This document shows, one piece after another, positions 20,028-29,915 of a stretch of 64,000 nt of DNA. The notes beneath the pieces were generated by a model. The model saw only the letters and a program-made list of their open reading frames with translations. It did no database searches and was not told the DNA's origin. The stretch is from sequence record NC_041878.1. One strand, given 5' to 3'. Both the position numbers and the translations under genes were made by a program. Within the stretch, counting starts at the first letter, position 1. Every line of letters starts with the position of its first letter.

Positions 20028-20333
20028 ATGCTTAATCCAATTTTTGAATCTATACTCAATGACGAGCGTTATGAAAGATATGACGGAATCAATGAAGTTC
20101 TGATTTTAAGTACAGTTGATTACGAAGTGAAAGTAACCAAAGAATACATGAAATTGGATAAAGTGCAATATAATATGAATTTGGTTAATCCACATCATGG
20201 AATCCCTTTACACCGCGAGACTGTTGCGGTAATCTACTATGAAACATTCCTTGCGTCAGACGACGAGGAAACATTTGGCATCACGAAAGACGATGTGAAC
20301 GCCGTTTTAAGCTATTATCGGAGTTTAGGATGA
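20028..20333 (+). CDS. hypothetical protein
   Basis: Co-oriented ORF. Confidence 0.7.
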   Translation: MLNPIFESILNDERYERYDGINEVLILSTVDYEVKVTKEYMKLDKVQYNMNLVNPHHGIPLHRETVAVIYYETFLASDDEETFGITKDDVNAVLSYYRSLG

Positions 20334-20779
20334 ATCAATTTGCAAGCGTAGTTGACCTGAAAGCAGACGAGTTGGAGTTTAAATTTAGTGAGTTCTACCA
20401 GCCCTGGAACAGTGTTAAACTAAATTACGATACCGTTGTGTTCACGGAAAAATTTAATATCAACATCAATATCTCTGAACGCAGCAGTTCTGTACATTTT
20501 ATGGATAACTTTGTCGATGATGGCAATAGTAAGCGTACTGTACATGTAGATTTCCGTACTGATGAAGACGAAGGTTACACTGTATCATTATTCAAAATGA
20601 ACCTTTCTGGTGATGAAAATGACTTCATTGAAGATTATGATGGCATTGATTATATTCCAGAGGTAGATCTCCGTCGCTGCTCGTTGGATGTAGAGACTTT
20701 ACGGGCTATGGCAAAACTTGCTGTTGAGATTGTAGAAAATCTCAAGAAAAATGAAACGATTATAAATTCTGTGCTATAA
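20330..20779 (+). CDS. hypothetical protein
   Basis: Co-oriented ORF. Confidence 0.7.
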   Translation: MNQFASVVDLKADELEFKFSEFYQPWNSVKLNYDTVVFTEKFNININISERSSSVHFMDNFVDDGNSKRTVHVDFRTDEDEGYTVSLFKMNLSGDENDFIEDYDGIDYIPEVDLRRCSLDVETLRAMAKLAVEIVENLKKNETIINSVL

Positions 20780-20780
20780 T
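20752..20780 (+). promoter_or_regulatory. class-B promoter
   Basis: TGAAAC-17-TATAAT before tRNA-Ser. Confidence 0.75.
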
Positions 20781-20790
20781 ATAAGTACTT

Positions 20791-20880
20791 GGTGAGTTGG
20801 GGGAGTGGTTTAACCCAGCACCCTGCTAAGGTGTCGGCCTCGCAAGAGGCCCGTGGGTTCAAATCCCACACTCACCGCCA
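20791..20880 (+). tRNA. tRNA-Ser(GCT)
   Basis: Cloverleaf, loop CTGCTAA, long variable arm, GTTCAAATC, CCA. Confidence 0.95.
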
Positions 20881-20894
20881 ATAAGAGAATAATA

Positions 20895-21311
20895 ATGATA
20901 ATTTTAAAAGAGAATTTTAAGCTTCGCGAAAATGAAGAAAAAGAAGTAACGTACACAAAGACTACAAGTGATGAAGGTAAAGAAACACATCATTATTCGT
21001 ATTTTGCTTGTACCTGTAGCGACGAAGATGAGAAGTACTGGAAAGATAAATTGAACGATGAGTTCAAAGATTATGATCCAGAAATTCATGCTGATTTCAC
21101 AAGCCAGTTAGCGATGGAAATAGCCCATACATTTGATGGTGGTATTAGTATTAATGCTGATATGTGGTTCGGAATCAGTACTTCCTGTAATATATGGAAT
21201 GGTGAAACTTCAGAATCTGTACATGTTTATATGTATTGTGATGAAATTGCAATTGGTCTTCTCGCTATAGTTGAAATACTTCGTAAGGTCACTGATAATG
21301 CCACAGATTAA
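20895..21311 (+). CDS. hypothetical protein
   Basis: Start moved past tRNA to MIILK. Confidence 0.7.
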   Translation: MIILKENFKLRENEEKEVTYTKTTSDEGKETHHYSYFACTCSDEDEKYWKDKLNDEFKDYDPEIHADFTSQLAMEIAHTFDGGISINADMWFGISTSCNIWNGETSESVHVYMYCDEIAIGLLAIVEILRKVTDNATD

Positions 21312-22125
21312 ATGGCTTGTGCAGGACACATCACGTATGTATTCTGCGATTGAGAATGAATTCACACCATTGGTTAGTTTAGGATATGAGGTAATACCGT
21401 TCGGTGTTATTCCCTTCACTAATACAATAACTGGAATTGATGATTTGAATCCTGACGATTTTTATATTATTCGTTCAGGTACAAAGATTGTACAATTACT
21501 TGAAAGTGGTGAACCTGATAATCTTTCTCCAGAATTAACTGCAAAGTTACGATTGGGTATTTCGTACAATCATCGTAACTTTGACCAAGCGTATTATTCA
21601 CAGTTAAACTTACCGCTACTGAATAGTACTCCAGAGATTTTAAATCTAAGTGATGAAAAAGATTTGTTTGCATCATTTAGCGTACCAAAGTTTGTAAAAC
21701 CAAGTTCAGACCTGAAAGCATTTACTGCGGGTATTCTTGAACCTGGTGAAGTACTGAAGTATTTCATTGAAAGTCATTACTACCGTTCTGGCTATCAGGA
21801 AGAAACTGCTTTAGTCCATGATGTAGTAGATATTATTGCTGAACATCGTTTCATTTGTCTTAATGGTGAAGTTATTACTGGTTCACAATATCGCCGTAAT
21901 AACAGTACTGTTTATGATGCTAATATTCCACAAGATGTACTTCGTGCCGCAGATGAATATGCAAAATTGTATGAACCTGCTGAAATTTACACGATGGATT
22001 TGGCTGAAACACCGTCCGGTATCAAGATAGTAGAATATAACTGCTGGAATGGTTCAGGCTTGTATCATATGGATACTAAAAAGCTTTTCAGTACAATTCA
22101 TGAATATTACAAAGGTAAACTTTAA
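21298..22125 (+). CDS. ATP-grasp domain protein
   Basis: KFVKPSSDLKAF, EHRFICLNGEV, MDLAETPSGIKIVEYN. Confidence 0.8.
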   Translation: MPQIKWLVQDTSRMYSAIENEFTPLVSLGYEVIPFGVIPFTNTITGIDDLNPDDFYIIRSGTKIVQLLESGEPDNLSPELTAKLRLGISYNHRNFDQAYYSQLNLPLLNSTPEILNLSDEKDLFASFSVPKFVKPSSDLKAFTAGILEPGEVLKYFIESHYYRSGYQEETALVHDVVDIIAEHRFICLNGEVITGSQYRRNNSTVYDANIPQDVLRAADEYAKLYEPAEIYTMDLAETPSGIKIVEYNCWNGSGLYHMDTKKLFSTIHEYYKGKL

Positions 22126-23390
22126 TGGGTTCTTTTAACACAACTTGTGCAGTAAGTCATTCACCCATTCGTGAAGGTGATAAAGTACGTTTATTCTTTT
22201 TAGTATCACAGCCACACTGGTATAAATTTGATCCACTTCGTCATTCATTGAATCAAGGGTGTCAATGTTATGCATGGGATGATTTTAATGTAATTGGCGG
22301 CATTTCACTTGAAGCTAAGTATAGTGATTACAATACTTATGAATTCGATGAAGATAGCATTTATGCACGTTACATTCGCTGGCTTATTCGTTCTAATTAC
22401 GTTATGAACGTTCCAGAAGAAGGTAAAGAATATAACGAATTCCACGATCACATGAATGTTCCTGTGGAAGATTTAACTTGGGAAAAGATTTTCGACATGC
22501 AACATAGCGGTCGTTTATTTTTACGAGGTTATGGTTCTGGTCCGCTTCCGTTCGTTGGTATTATGGCAATTCATGAATCTGTATATCAGATTATGTTGAA
22601 TGAACCATTCGAGGTTTATGTTGGTCGTGAAGACGGCAATGATTATCCTTATAAAATGGTAAGTTTTGAATCAGCACTTGCTAAAAAGCTTGCGGTTAGT
22701 GATCAACAAGAACTTGAAAAATTAGTACAAGAATTTAAAGAGTACTGTAAAGACCAAGATTGGTCTGAAGAAAAGCAGAATGAATGTGCATTACGAATGG
22801 CACAACACAAAATTGATAGTCGTTCTGAACGGCATCAATTGAATTTTGCATACACGAACGGGGTAACACCATACGCACAAATTCGTGATCTTTTAGCCTT
22901 TAATAATGAAAAAGATGACTCGGATGAAACTAAAATTGATTTTGGTGGTGTAACACTAGATGACATTAAAGCCAAAACCTTTGAAGGTGAATTCTTCAAT
23001 CAGCGTTTTGATGAACGTAACTTTATGTATCGTCCTATCATGACTTCTGGACAAGAACATGATTTAGTACGTGATGGTATTTTCTGGTCTAAAGTCAGTG
23101 CTGCAATTGGTTCTATCGGTTCTGAATGGGAAGAAGAAGAACATGTGGTAACACGTAAGTACTCTAGATCTTGGCAGGAAGTTACTATTGCTGAGATTAT
23201 GGAACGATTAACTGATTGGTACGAATCCGATGATGAAGAATTTATTGAACAGAAAAATCTTTTCGATGAACTTCTAAAAGATAAAGATGTAGTTGTTATT
23301 TCAGCAGAAGATTTTGATAAACCAGAATATTCAGCAATTCGTTCCTTAATTTGGAACAAAAGTTTAGACCTGCATATTTTTGCAAAGTAA
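22125..23390 (+). CDS. conserved phage hypothetical protein
   Basis: MGSFNTTCAVS start; 421 aa. Confidence 0.85.
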   Translation: MGSFNTTCAVSHSPIREGDKVRLFFLVSQPHWYKFDPLRHSLNQGCQCYAWDDFNVIGGISLEAKYSDYNTYEFDEDSIYARYIRWLIRSNYVMNVPEEGKEYNEFHDHMNVPVEDLTWEKIFDMQHSGRLFLRGYGSGPLPFVGIMAIHESVYQIMLNEPFEVYVGREDGNDYPYKMVSFESALAKKLAVSDQQELEKLVQEFKEYCKDQDWSEEKQNECALRMAQHKIDSRSERHQLNFAYTNGVTPYAQIRDLLAFNNEKDDSDETKIDFGGVTLDDIKAKTFEGEFFNQRFDERNFMYRPIMTSGQEHDLVRDGIFWSKVSAAIGSIGSEWEEEEHVVTRKYSRSWQEVTIAEIMERLTDWYESDDEEFIEQKNLFDELLKDKDVVVISAEDFDKPEYSAIRSLIWNKSLDLHIFAK

Positions 23391-23429
23391 CAAAGAAACA
23401 AATTTCTATAAACAAACAAAAGGTACAAG

Positions 23430-24620
23430 ATGTATAATCAAAGCGGTGACGTAATCACGATTGCTCGTGAATTTGGTAATAAAATTGAGAAGATTCCAGC
23501 AGGTACTTATACTGTTGAACAGAATCCTCAAACGGGGCAGTACTATCTTCTATCTTCAGCACCTTTCACACGTCCAGAGAAAGTGTACGGTGAAATGGCT
23601 TCACGTAACGAGAAAGTAATTAATACTTATCTAAAACGTGAAGGTAAAAACACTGGCGTACTACTAAGTGGTACTAAAGGTGCTGGTAAAACTCAACTAG
23701 CAAAAGATGTAAGTATTGCTCTTGCTGGTATGGGTATTCCAACCATCATTATTCAGAACTGCTACACTGATGGTGGATTTATTAACTTCATCAAAGATAT
23801 TAAAGACAAAGCTCTTATTCTTTTTGATGAGTTCGAAAAGGTTTATTCTGAGCGTGAGCATCAGGAAGCAATTCTAACGCTACTGGATGGTACTGGTTCG
23901 TACAATAAATTGTACATTCTAACCTCTAACAACCGTAACGTTTCTGAATTCCTACGTAACCGTCCTAGCCGTATCTTCTACCATTTCGAGTACAAGAAAC
24001 TTGCTAAACAAGTTATGTTTGATCTTCTGAACGACAAACTAGTGAACAAGTCGTTCATCCCACAGTTTGATACACTATGGGAAGTTGCGGAAACTATCAG
24101 TTTCGATATGATTCAGTGTCTAATCGAAGAACTGAACCGTTACCCAACTCAGACTTTCACTGAAACATTCCGTGAATTGAATGTTGAAGTTGAAACTCGT
24201 GAAGGTAACTCTTTCGCACTAACTGAGTTCACTATCGATGGTCAAGAGATCAAGTTCGATGCGAAGTACACCAACCGCTTCACTGCGTTCTCATTCATGT
24301 CTAAGTACGATTGTCTACGTGCGTATATCTACGCAGACGAAGGTACTCGTGAGAAAGAACTTCTAGCAATCGGTGCACGTGTATACGACATGGATTGGGA
24401 AGATGATGAAGTCGCCGCAGAAAGTGACTCTGAATCTGAAGAAGCAGTAGCACTTCGCGAGATTCAGTACTTCTTGAACCTAGAGTTCGACAAGGCTGAT
24501 ACTGTTGTTAACAGTACTAGCATCACCATTAATCGTGCATTCGGTGAACATCGGGTTCATGCGAAATTCTCGAAAGTGGATGCTCCAGACGTGATCGAAA
24601 CCATGTTCGATGGTAAATAA
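23430..24620 (+). CDS. AAA+ ATPase
   Basis: Walker A GTKGAGKT, Walker B ILFDEFEK, NRPSRI arginine finger. Confidence 0.9.
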   Translation: MYNQSGDVITIAREFGNKIEKIPAGTYTVEQNPQTGQYYLLSSAPFTRPEKVYGEMASRNEKVINTYLKREGKNTGVLLSGTKGAGKTQLAKDVSIALAGMGIPTIIIQNCYTDGGFINFIKDIKDKALILFDEFEKVYSEREHQEAILTLLDGTGSYNKLYILTSNNRNVSEFLRNRPSRIFYHFEYKKLAKQVMFDLLNDKLVNKSFIPQFDTLWEVAETISFDMIQCLIEELNRYPTQTFTETFRELNVEVETREGNSFALTEFTIDGQEIKFDAKYTNRFTAFSFMSKYDCLRAYIYADEGTREKELLAIGARVYDMDWEDDEVAAESDSESEEAVALREIQYFLNLEFDKADTVVNSTSITINRAFGEHRVHAKFSKVDAPDVIETMFDGK

Positions 24621-24674
24621 ATAAGAACAGAGAGAGGACTTTGTTAGTACTTGTACTTCCCCCTCTCTCGATTT

Positions 24675-24749
24675 GGGAGTATCGTATATCGGCTATTATG
24701 TTCGGTTCCAACCCGAAAGAGCAGGGTTCAACTCCTTGTGCTCCCGCCA
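24675..24749 (+). tRNA. tRNA-Trp(CCA)
   Basis: TTCGG-TTCCAAC-CCGAA arm, GGTTCAACTCC, CCA. Confidence 0.9.
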
Positions 24750-24756
24750 AATAAAT

Positions 24757-24785
24757 TTGACTTCCCATGACAGTGCGTGTAGAAT
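24757..24785 (+). promoter_or_regulatory. sigma70-type promoter
   Basis: TTGACT-17-TAGAAT. Confidence 0.75.
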
Positions 24786-24816
24786 AGCCCTATCTTAAAA
24801 GTTAGGGTTTTATTCT

Positions 24817-25290
24817 ATGAAATTGCTCACGAAGGACGGACATAAAGTTTACTACAGCCAGTACCATCTGAAAGTACACGCAGATGTTATTGAGTACTTA
24901 GAAGAAGCTATGAGCAAAATTGACAGTAAAGATGAATCATTCATTAAAGTAGCTGTTGATTTCAATAAAACCATCGGTCATAGTACTTGTGTTAAAGTAC
25001 AAGACGGTGATAAATTCCGTTATGCTAAACGTTTAGGTAGGAAATATCCAACACGCTTCGTAATGAATCGTGAACCTGAACCGTGTAGTACTGTAACTGT
25101 TATTATGAAACGTACACCTAATAGTGATAAGTATGGATACTCTTTACTTACTGCTTATATCGGTGGATTAGCAACTAAAGAAGTACACGATCCTAAATTA
25201 GAATATGAAGAAGCTCATGAAGCAAATGAGTTCTGGAGTAAACATGCTTTAATTTGGGATGAAACGATATTAGAAAAAGAAGACGCTTAG
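24817..25290 (+). CDS. hypothetical protein
   Basis: ORF ending in TAG. Confidence 0.8.
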   Translation: MKLLTKDGHKVYYSQYHLKVHADVIEYLEEAMSKIDSKDESFIKVAVDFNKTIGHSTCVKVQDGDKFRYAKRLGRKYPTRFVMNREPEPCSTVTVIMKRTPNSDKYGYSLLTAYIGGLATKEVHDPKLEYEEAHEANEFWSKHALIWDETILEKEDA

Positions 25291-25313
25291 AGCGTCTTTT
25301 TTATTGGGATAGT

Positions 25314-25646
25314 ATGACAGTACAAGAATTAATTGAAGAACTTCTAAGATACAATTTAGAAGACGAAGTTGTAATTGGTGCGAGTTATACCTTTATTACA
25401 GCAGGCCAAAGACCAAGTACTAATGTTATAGGTACACAGAAAGGGTTTGATTGGGATAGAGGAAAAATATTCATCAGAACTGAGCCGCATTTAGTACAAC
25501 TAAATAACTACCAATATGGTGAGTTCTGTAAAGAAATTAGAGAACATGACTGGATTAGAAGTGATATACATCGTGGTATAAAACCTCGTGGTGTAATTCC
25601 TCCAATGTTTAATCCTACAGCACCAGAAAATAAAACTGAGGAATAA
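25314..25646 (+). CDS. hypothetical protein
   Basis: MTVQELIEEL start. Confidence 0.7.
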   Translation: MTVQELIEELLRYNLEDEVVIGASYTFITAGQRPSTNVIGTQKGFDWDRGKIFIRTEPHLVQLNNYQYGEFCKEIREHDWIRSDIHRGIKPRGVIPPMFNPTAPENKTEE

Positions 25647-25649
25647 CCT

Positions 25650-26237
25650 ATGCCATATGGCTATTGCCCTTATTGTGGTGGTGAAGGTGTTACTGCTGCC
25701 CGTAATCCAGTTGGTCCAACCTATTGCGAAAACGGTCATGAATATCCGCATATGATGCGACAACCTACACCTAATCCATTACCAGTACTAGCAGGTACTA
25801 AACGCTCTCTCCGTATCTATGTTGATATGGATGGTGTGATTGCAGACTTTGAAAAGAATCTTAATGGTCGTAATCCTAAAGCTGTAAAATTGATGCCTGG
25901 TACATATATTCGTTTAGACCCAATTCCTGGGGCTATTGAAGCGGTACGTAAACTTATTGCAATGGGTCATGATGTTTGGATTGCTACAAAAACTCCAACA
26001 CATAACTTACTTGCGGATTCGGAAAAGAAACACTGGATTAGTGAACATATTCCAGAGTTACTTCCGAAAACCATCATTACTCCAGACAAAGGTTGTTTGC
26101 GTGGTGATGTACTAATTGATGATCGCAAGCATAAAGCAAATTGCGAATCATTTGAAGGACACTTTATTCATTATGGAACAGAAGAATTTCCATCATGGGA
26201 TGAAGTACTAAAATATATTGAGGAAATAGAATGTTAA
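25650..26237 (+). CDS. 5'(3')-deoxyribonucleotidase (HAD) with N-terminal Zn ribbon
   Basis: IYVDMDGVIADF; KKHWISEH; GDVLIDDR; CPYC...CENGH. Confidence 0.85.
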   Translation: MPYGYCPYCGGEGVTAARNPVGPTYCENGHEYPHMMRQPTPNPLPVLAGTKRSLRIYVDMDGVIADFEKNLNGRNPKAVKLMPGTYIRLDPIPGAIEAVRKLIAMGHDVWIATKTPTHNLLADSEKKHWISEHIPELLPKTIITPDKGCLRGDVLIDDRKHKANCESFEGHFIHYGTEEFPSWDEVLKYIEEIEC

Positions 26238-26785
26238 AAGAAGTACAGGACGTAATTAAACGCATTGAAGCATTTTTAGCTGAAAAAGAAAATTTCGAAA
26301 CCGTTGTTGAACAAGATGGTCTAGCAATTCGGGTATTTCCTCGTGATGCTGAACCTTCAGTTTATCATGGTTATGAACTATTCCTAATGGAAAAAGTAGT
26401 ACAGAAACTTGGTCATACTCTGGACTTTAAACTATCTAAAGATGATGAAGGTATTGAACGCTTTATCGTAACAACTGAAGCTAACTTTAATCTAATGTCT
26501 TATATTCGCAGTACTAACGAATCACTTGCGGCTGCTTGTGCACAAAGCGATGAACTAAGTACTATTTTCCTATGTGAAAAACTAACTGAAGATTCACGTG
26601 GTGAATTTACTATTCTAACTGGTTATTCTAACGGTACTTGGACACGTTGCGACATTACTAAAGCTGAACTGCTTTATGCTGCAACTCATGACCTTGCTAT
26701 TACACAGAACGAAAATGGTATCTTCTGGTACGAAGACCTAATCACTATGAATAACTCTCTTTTTGATGAAATCGAAGCAGAGTAA
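26231..26785 (+). CDS. hypothetical protein
   Basis: High-expression codon bias. Confidence 0.8.
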   Translation: MLKEVQDVIKRIEAFLAEKENFETVVEQDGLAIRVFPRDAEPSVYHGYELFLMEKVVQKLGHTLDFKLSKDDEGIERFIVTTEANFNLMSYIRSTNESLAAACAQSDELSTIFLCEKLTEDSRGEFTILTGYSNGTWTRCDITKAELLYAATHDLAITQNENGIFWYEDLITMNNSLFDEIEAE

Positions 26786-26837
26786 TTCAATACAATATGA
26801 GTGGTTCAAAAAATCACTCATTTTTAAGTAAGAAAAA

Positions 26838-26866
26838 TGAAACGACAAAATTTTTTGTGATATAAT
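26838..26866 (+). promoter_or_regulatory. class-B promoter
   Basis: TGAAAC-17-TATAAT. Confidence 0.75.
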
Positions 26867-26907
26867 ATACACATGAACAGAATGAGACAGATTGGAGAAT
26901 CAGCAGA

Positions 26908-27486
26908 ATGAAATTAACACTACGTAAAGCACATCGTTTAGTAAAAGAATTACAACAAAAAGCAGCAGTACGTTTCGCTGCAAAAGCAATTCATCATTCT
27001 GCAACGGATGAAGAAGTACTAGAAACTATCGCAGCAGTGAACAGCGAAAGTTTCAAAGCTGTTGAAACAGCACTTGCTGTACAAGATGCAATTTACGAAA
27101 TTCGTAAAGCTCTACAGGAAGCAAATTCCAAAGAAGTTGATGGTAACTCCATTGATTCTCTACTGAATCAGAAGGTTCTGGTAGAAGCTCGTATGAAAGT
27201 ACTTGCTGTCTTCCGTGAGAAGTCTAAATCCACCGATGAAGAAACGCAAAACCGCATTCTTCGTGAAGTGCAAGACAATCATACCAGTACTTCTGAGTAC
27301 CGTAACACTTACACACAAGTAAGTGGGCTATCAGCAGTAATGCATGATAATCTGAACAGTCTGTACATTCAGATGAAACAAGAACAAGAAAGTGTAAGCG
27401 ATAAACTTGCTTACATCAACAACAAACTTGAAATCGAAATTGATGACAAGTTCGCAGAATTGTTTAAAGAACTTCAGGTTCTTTAA
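26908..27486 (+). CDS. coiled-coil hypothetical protein (MKLTLRKA family)
   Basis: 192 aa helical ORF after its own promoter. Confidence 0.8.
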   Translation: MKLTLRKAHRLVKELQQKAAVRFAAKAIHHSATDEEVLETIAAVNSESFKAVETALAVQDAIYEIRKALQEANSKEVDGNSIDSLLNQKVLVEARMKVLAVFREKSKSTDEETQNRILREVQDNHTSTSEYRNTYTQVSGLSAVMHDNLNSLYIQMKQEQESVSDKLAYINNKLEIEIDDKFAELFKELQVL

Positions 27487-27489
27487 TAA

Positions 27490-27780
27490 CTGAACACTGC
27501 TCCTTGAAGTGTGTTTACAATGGAGATAGGTGAGTAATTTAGATTAACTCACTCCCTAACTCCCCTTGCTAAAGAAGCACATCGCCTACAAAGCGATGCT
27601 CTTATCTTCGTATGAAGAATGGTCAATTACAATTTATGTAATCTACTATTGAAAGAGTTTGCTCCATTTATACTGAACAGATATTATATCTTGCTTGGTT
27701 GTGGAAATGGCTTAACTCGATTGTGTGGTTGCTTGTTTGTATGGTTGCCTGGTTGCTTCGCTTCTTTAGCACAATCTTTT
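27490..27780 (+). ncRNA. candidate structured RNA downstream of coiled-coil ORF
   Basis: 12-bp helix 27567-27578/27760-27771, internal hairpins, GGTTGY repeats. Confidence 0.45.
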
Positions 27781-27818
27781 TACTATGTTTTTATATTGTT
27801 AAATAAAAATGTAGTACT

Positions 27819-27891
27819 GCTTCTATCGTATAATGGCTTATTACTTTGGCTTTGTAACCCAAAAATCTGCGTTCGATTCGCAGTGGAAGCA
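27819..27891 (+). tRNA. tRNA-Thr(TGT), C31-C39 mismatch, no encoded CCA
   Basis: Acceptor GCTTCTA/TGGAAGC, loop TTTGTAA, CTGCG-TTCGATT-CGCAG. Confidence 0.8.
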
Positions 27892-27901
27892 CAAAAATAA
27901 T

Positions 27902-28042
27902 CATATTATAAGGATGTAATAAGATGGTGATGCAGAAAATAATTCCCCATCTAATCTAAAAATACTTTGCCCGAATTGTCATTCAATGACACCGACATTT
28001 AGGGCAAGAAATAAAAACTCTAAAAGAAAAAGATAATGACTG
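27902..28042 (+). pseudogene. HNH endonuclease remnant
   Basis: HI-[IRM**]-DGDAENNSPSNLKILCPNCHSMTPTF; N-terminus missing, two in-frame stops. Confidence 0.7.
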
Positions 28043-28362
28043 AAGAACAAATTAAAGAAATATCAGAATTAATTCCAACCGTTTATCATGAACTGTTTTC
28101 CAGTAAAGAAGATATTGCTAATCGGTTTGAAATCCCATTGAGTGATATTGAAGATTTAGAAATTCTTTATGCATTTTATGAGTATGAAGATTATTCCGGT
28201 TCTGCAACTGTATTCTATTATGATCCTAAAGACAATACTTACTATGAAGTTCGTGGTGGTCATTGTTCTTGTTACGGTCTAGAAGGTCAGTGGGACCCAG
28301 AAGAAATTGGTTATTTCAGTACTTTTATTGAATACGTACAGCGTGTAAATTACAAGTACTAA
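28036..28362 (+). CDS. conserved phage hypothetical protein
   Basis: YEDYSGSA...EVRGGHCSCYGLEGQW. Confidence 0.8.
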   Translation: MTEEQIKEISELIPTVYHELFSSKEDIANRFEIPLSDIEDLEILYAFYEYEDYSGSATVFYYDPKDNTYYEVRGGHCSCYGLEGQWDPEEIGYFSTFIEYVQRVNYKY

Positions 28363-28455
28363 AGAATTCCCTGTAGGTTAGGGTATGCTGCAATAGGTTT
28401 TCTGTTGCGGATTAGACAAGTCATCATTTCTGACTATAACTGAAATTTTTTAAAA

Positions 28456-28521
28456 CGTCATACACAGCACAAGCTGTATCGAAGAAATTCTGAGGCCAGT
28501 CAGCCAAGAAACAGAATGACA
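28456..28521 (+). ncRNA. ACAGCA-helix family RNA, variant closing helix
   Basis: GTCAT-ACACAGCA...AGA-ATGAC. Confidence 0.4.
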
Positions 28522-28547
28522 TAAGAAAAGTACTTCGGTGCTTTTAT

Positions 28548-28671
28548 CGGGAATTGGTGTAATGGCAGCACAACGTTATAACATAGATTCTTGTATATAG
28601 GAATTTCACAGCAACCAATACAATTGCATAGGGAGCCGTGAGATGAGGTTCGATTCCTTGATTCCCGACTA
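28548..28671 (+). ncRNA. tRNA-Pro-like (AGG loop) with 50-nt ACAGCAA insert in anticodon stem
   Basis: Acceptor CGGGAAT/ATTCCCG-A, D arm, T arm GGTTCGATTCC; insert 28576-28625. Confidence 0.6.
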
Positions 28672-28679
28672 ATTAACTA

Positions 28680-28702
28680 AACCAGCTTTATGCTGGTTTT
28701 TT
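28680..28702 (+). terminator. intrinsic terminator
   Basis: AAACCAGC-tttat-GCTGGTTTTTT. Confidence 0.75.
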
Positions 28703-28720
28703 CATTTCTGAGGTCATACC

Positions 28721-28870
28721 ATGAAGATATTAAAAGTACACAAAAGTATCGGATATTCAATTTTGCCGTTTAAGCAGAATCCTACTTATGGTCGTTGCTC
28801 CACTTGCGGAAGATATGATAATGATGGTGGTCCATTATGTGGTAATGTATTTTGCCCAGGAGGGAACTGA
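28721..28870 (+). CDS. small Cys-rich hypothetical protein (49 aa)
   Basis: SD GAGG; CSTC...CGNVFC. Confidence 0.55.
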   Translation: MKILKVHKSIGYSILPFKQNPTYGRCSTCGRYDNDGGPLCGNVFCPGGN

Positions 28871-29124
28871 TGAATCCTAATGATTTAAACAATTCTGAAA
28901 ATTTTACATGGTGTTATACTTGGTCAGACCTTCGTGAGAATTATGATAAAGTAAAACTAGTTAATCCAGAATTCATTGAACTGTATGGATTTGCTATTCC
29001 AGATGATGTGAAAGTTGGTGATGTTTTTGCAGTCACAGAACTTACTGAAGATGGTGGAACTCGTGTTGACCGTGGATTTGTTATTCCACGTCAATATCTT
29101 GATTACTTTGAGGCTAATTGCTGA
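28870..29124 (+). CDS. hypothetical protein
   Basis: Start moved to MNPND. Confidence 0.7.
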   Translation: MNPNDLNNSENFTWCYTWSDLRENYDKVKLVNPEFIELYGFAIPDDVKVGDVFAVTELTEDGGTRVDRGFVIPRQYLDYFEANC

Positions 29125-29915
29125 TGCACTTTTTGATAATGGATAAGTACTTTAACGAAGATGGATTTCGTATCATGAAAGAATACATGGTACAGAATAA
29201 TATTCCTCATACTTCAGTTAAGCCTGTGCCATTTATTAACATATTCGTACCAGAAGACGTTAATGATTATTCTGATTCTACATATGAAAAGTACTTCGAC
29301 AAAAGCATTCCTACTATGTCATTTGGTAGTTATGCATTAGCTCATCAGCTAATTGAAGCCGGTTATACACCTGGTGGATATATTAATGATAATCATAATA
29401 TTGAAATACAGATGCGTGAATGGGGTTCTGAGAATTTCTTAAATGGTAATTGTATCTTCACTACTATGGGTGAAATTGAGAATCCTGGTTGGGATAATAT
29501 TTTCATTCGCCCTGTACATGATACTAAAGTTATGGTTGCTCGTGTAATGGAACAACGTAATTTTAATGCTGAAGTTGATGCATTCTTTTCATTCTACGGT
29601 GATCCAGAATTTGAAGTACTATTAGCAGAAGCACAAGAAATACTGGCAGAATATCGGTTATTCATTGTTAACGGTAAAGTTGTATCACATTCTTTATATA
29701 AAGTTCGTGGAACATTTTGTATCAATCCTGAAGTGCCAAAAGAAATTATTGATATTGCAGAAGAACTCTGTACTAAATGGGTTCCAGCCGATGCATTTGT
29801 TATGGATTTTGCGGAAACAGATAACGGCTTTAAAGTACTGGAAGTTAATAACATAAATTGTGCTGGATTTTATGCAGCCAACATACCAGCAATAGTTGAG
29901 GCATTCCGTGCGTAA
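29124..29915 (+). CDS. ATP-grasp domain protein (paralog of 21298-22125)
   Basis: IFIRPVHDTK, EYRLFIVNGKV, MDFAETDNGFKVLEVNNINCAGFY. Confidence 0.8.
   Translation: MHFLIMDKYFNEDGFRIMKEYMVQNNIPHTSVKPVPFINIFVPEDVNDYSDSTYEKYFDKSIPTMSFGSYALAHQLIEAGYTPGGYINDNHNIEIQMREWGSENFLNGNCIFTTMGEIENPGWDNIFIRPVHDTKVMVARVMEQRNFNAEVDAFFSFYGDPEFEVLLAEAQEILAEYRLFIVNGKVVSHSLYKVRGTFCINPEVPKEIIDIAEELCTKWVPADAFVMDFAETDNGFKVLEVNNINCAGFYAANIPAIVEAFRA

Noticed and set aside
27619-27900. 93-aa hydrophobic ORF
   Set aside because: Overlaps tRNA-Thr and the GGTTG-repeat RNA; composition follows from the TG-rich RNA
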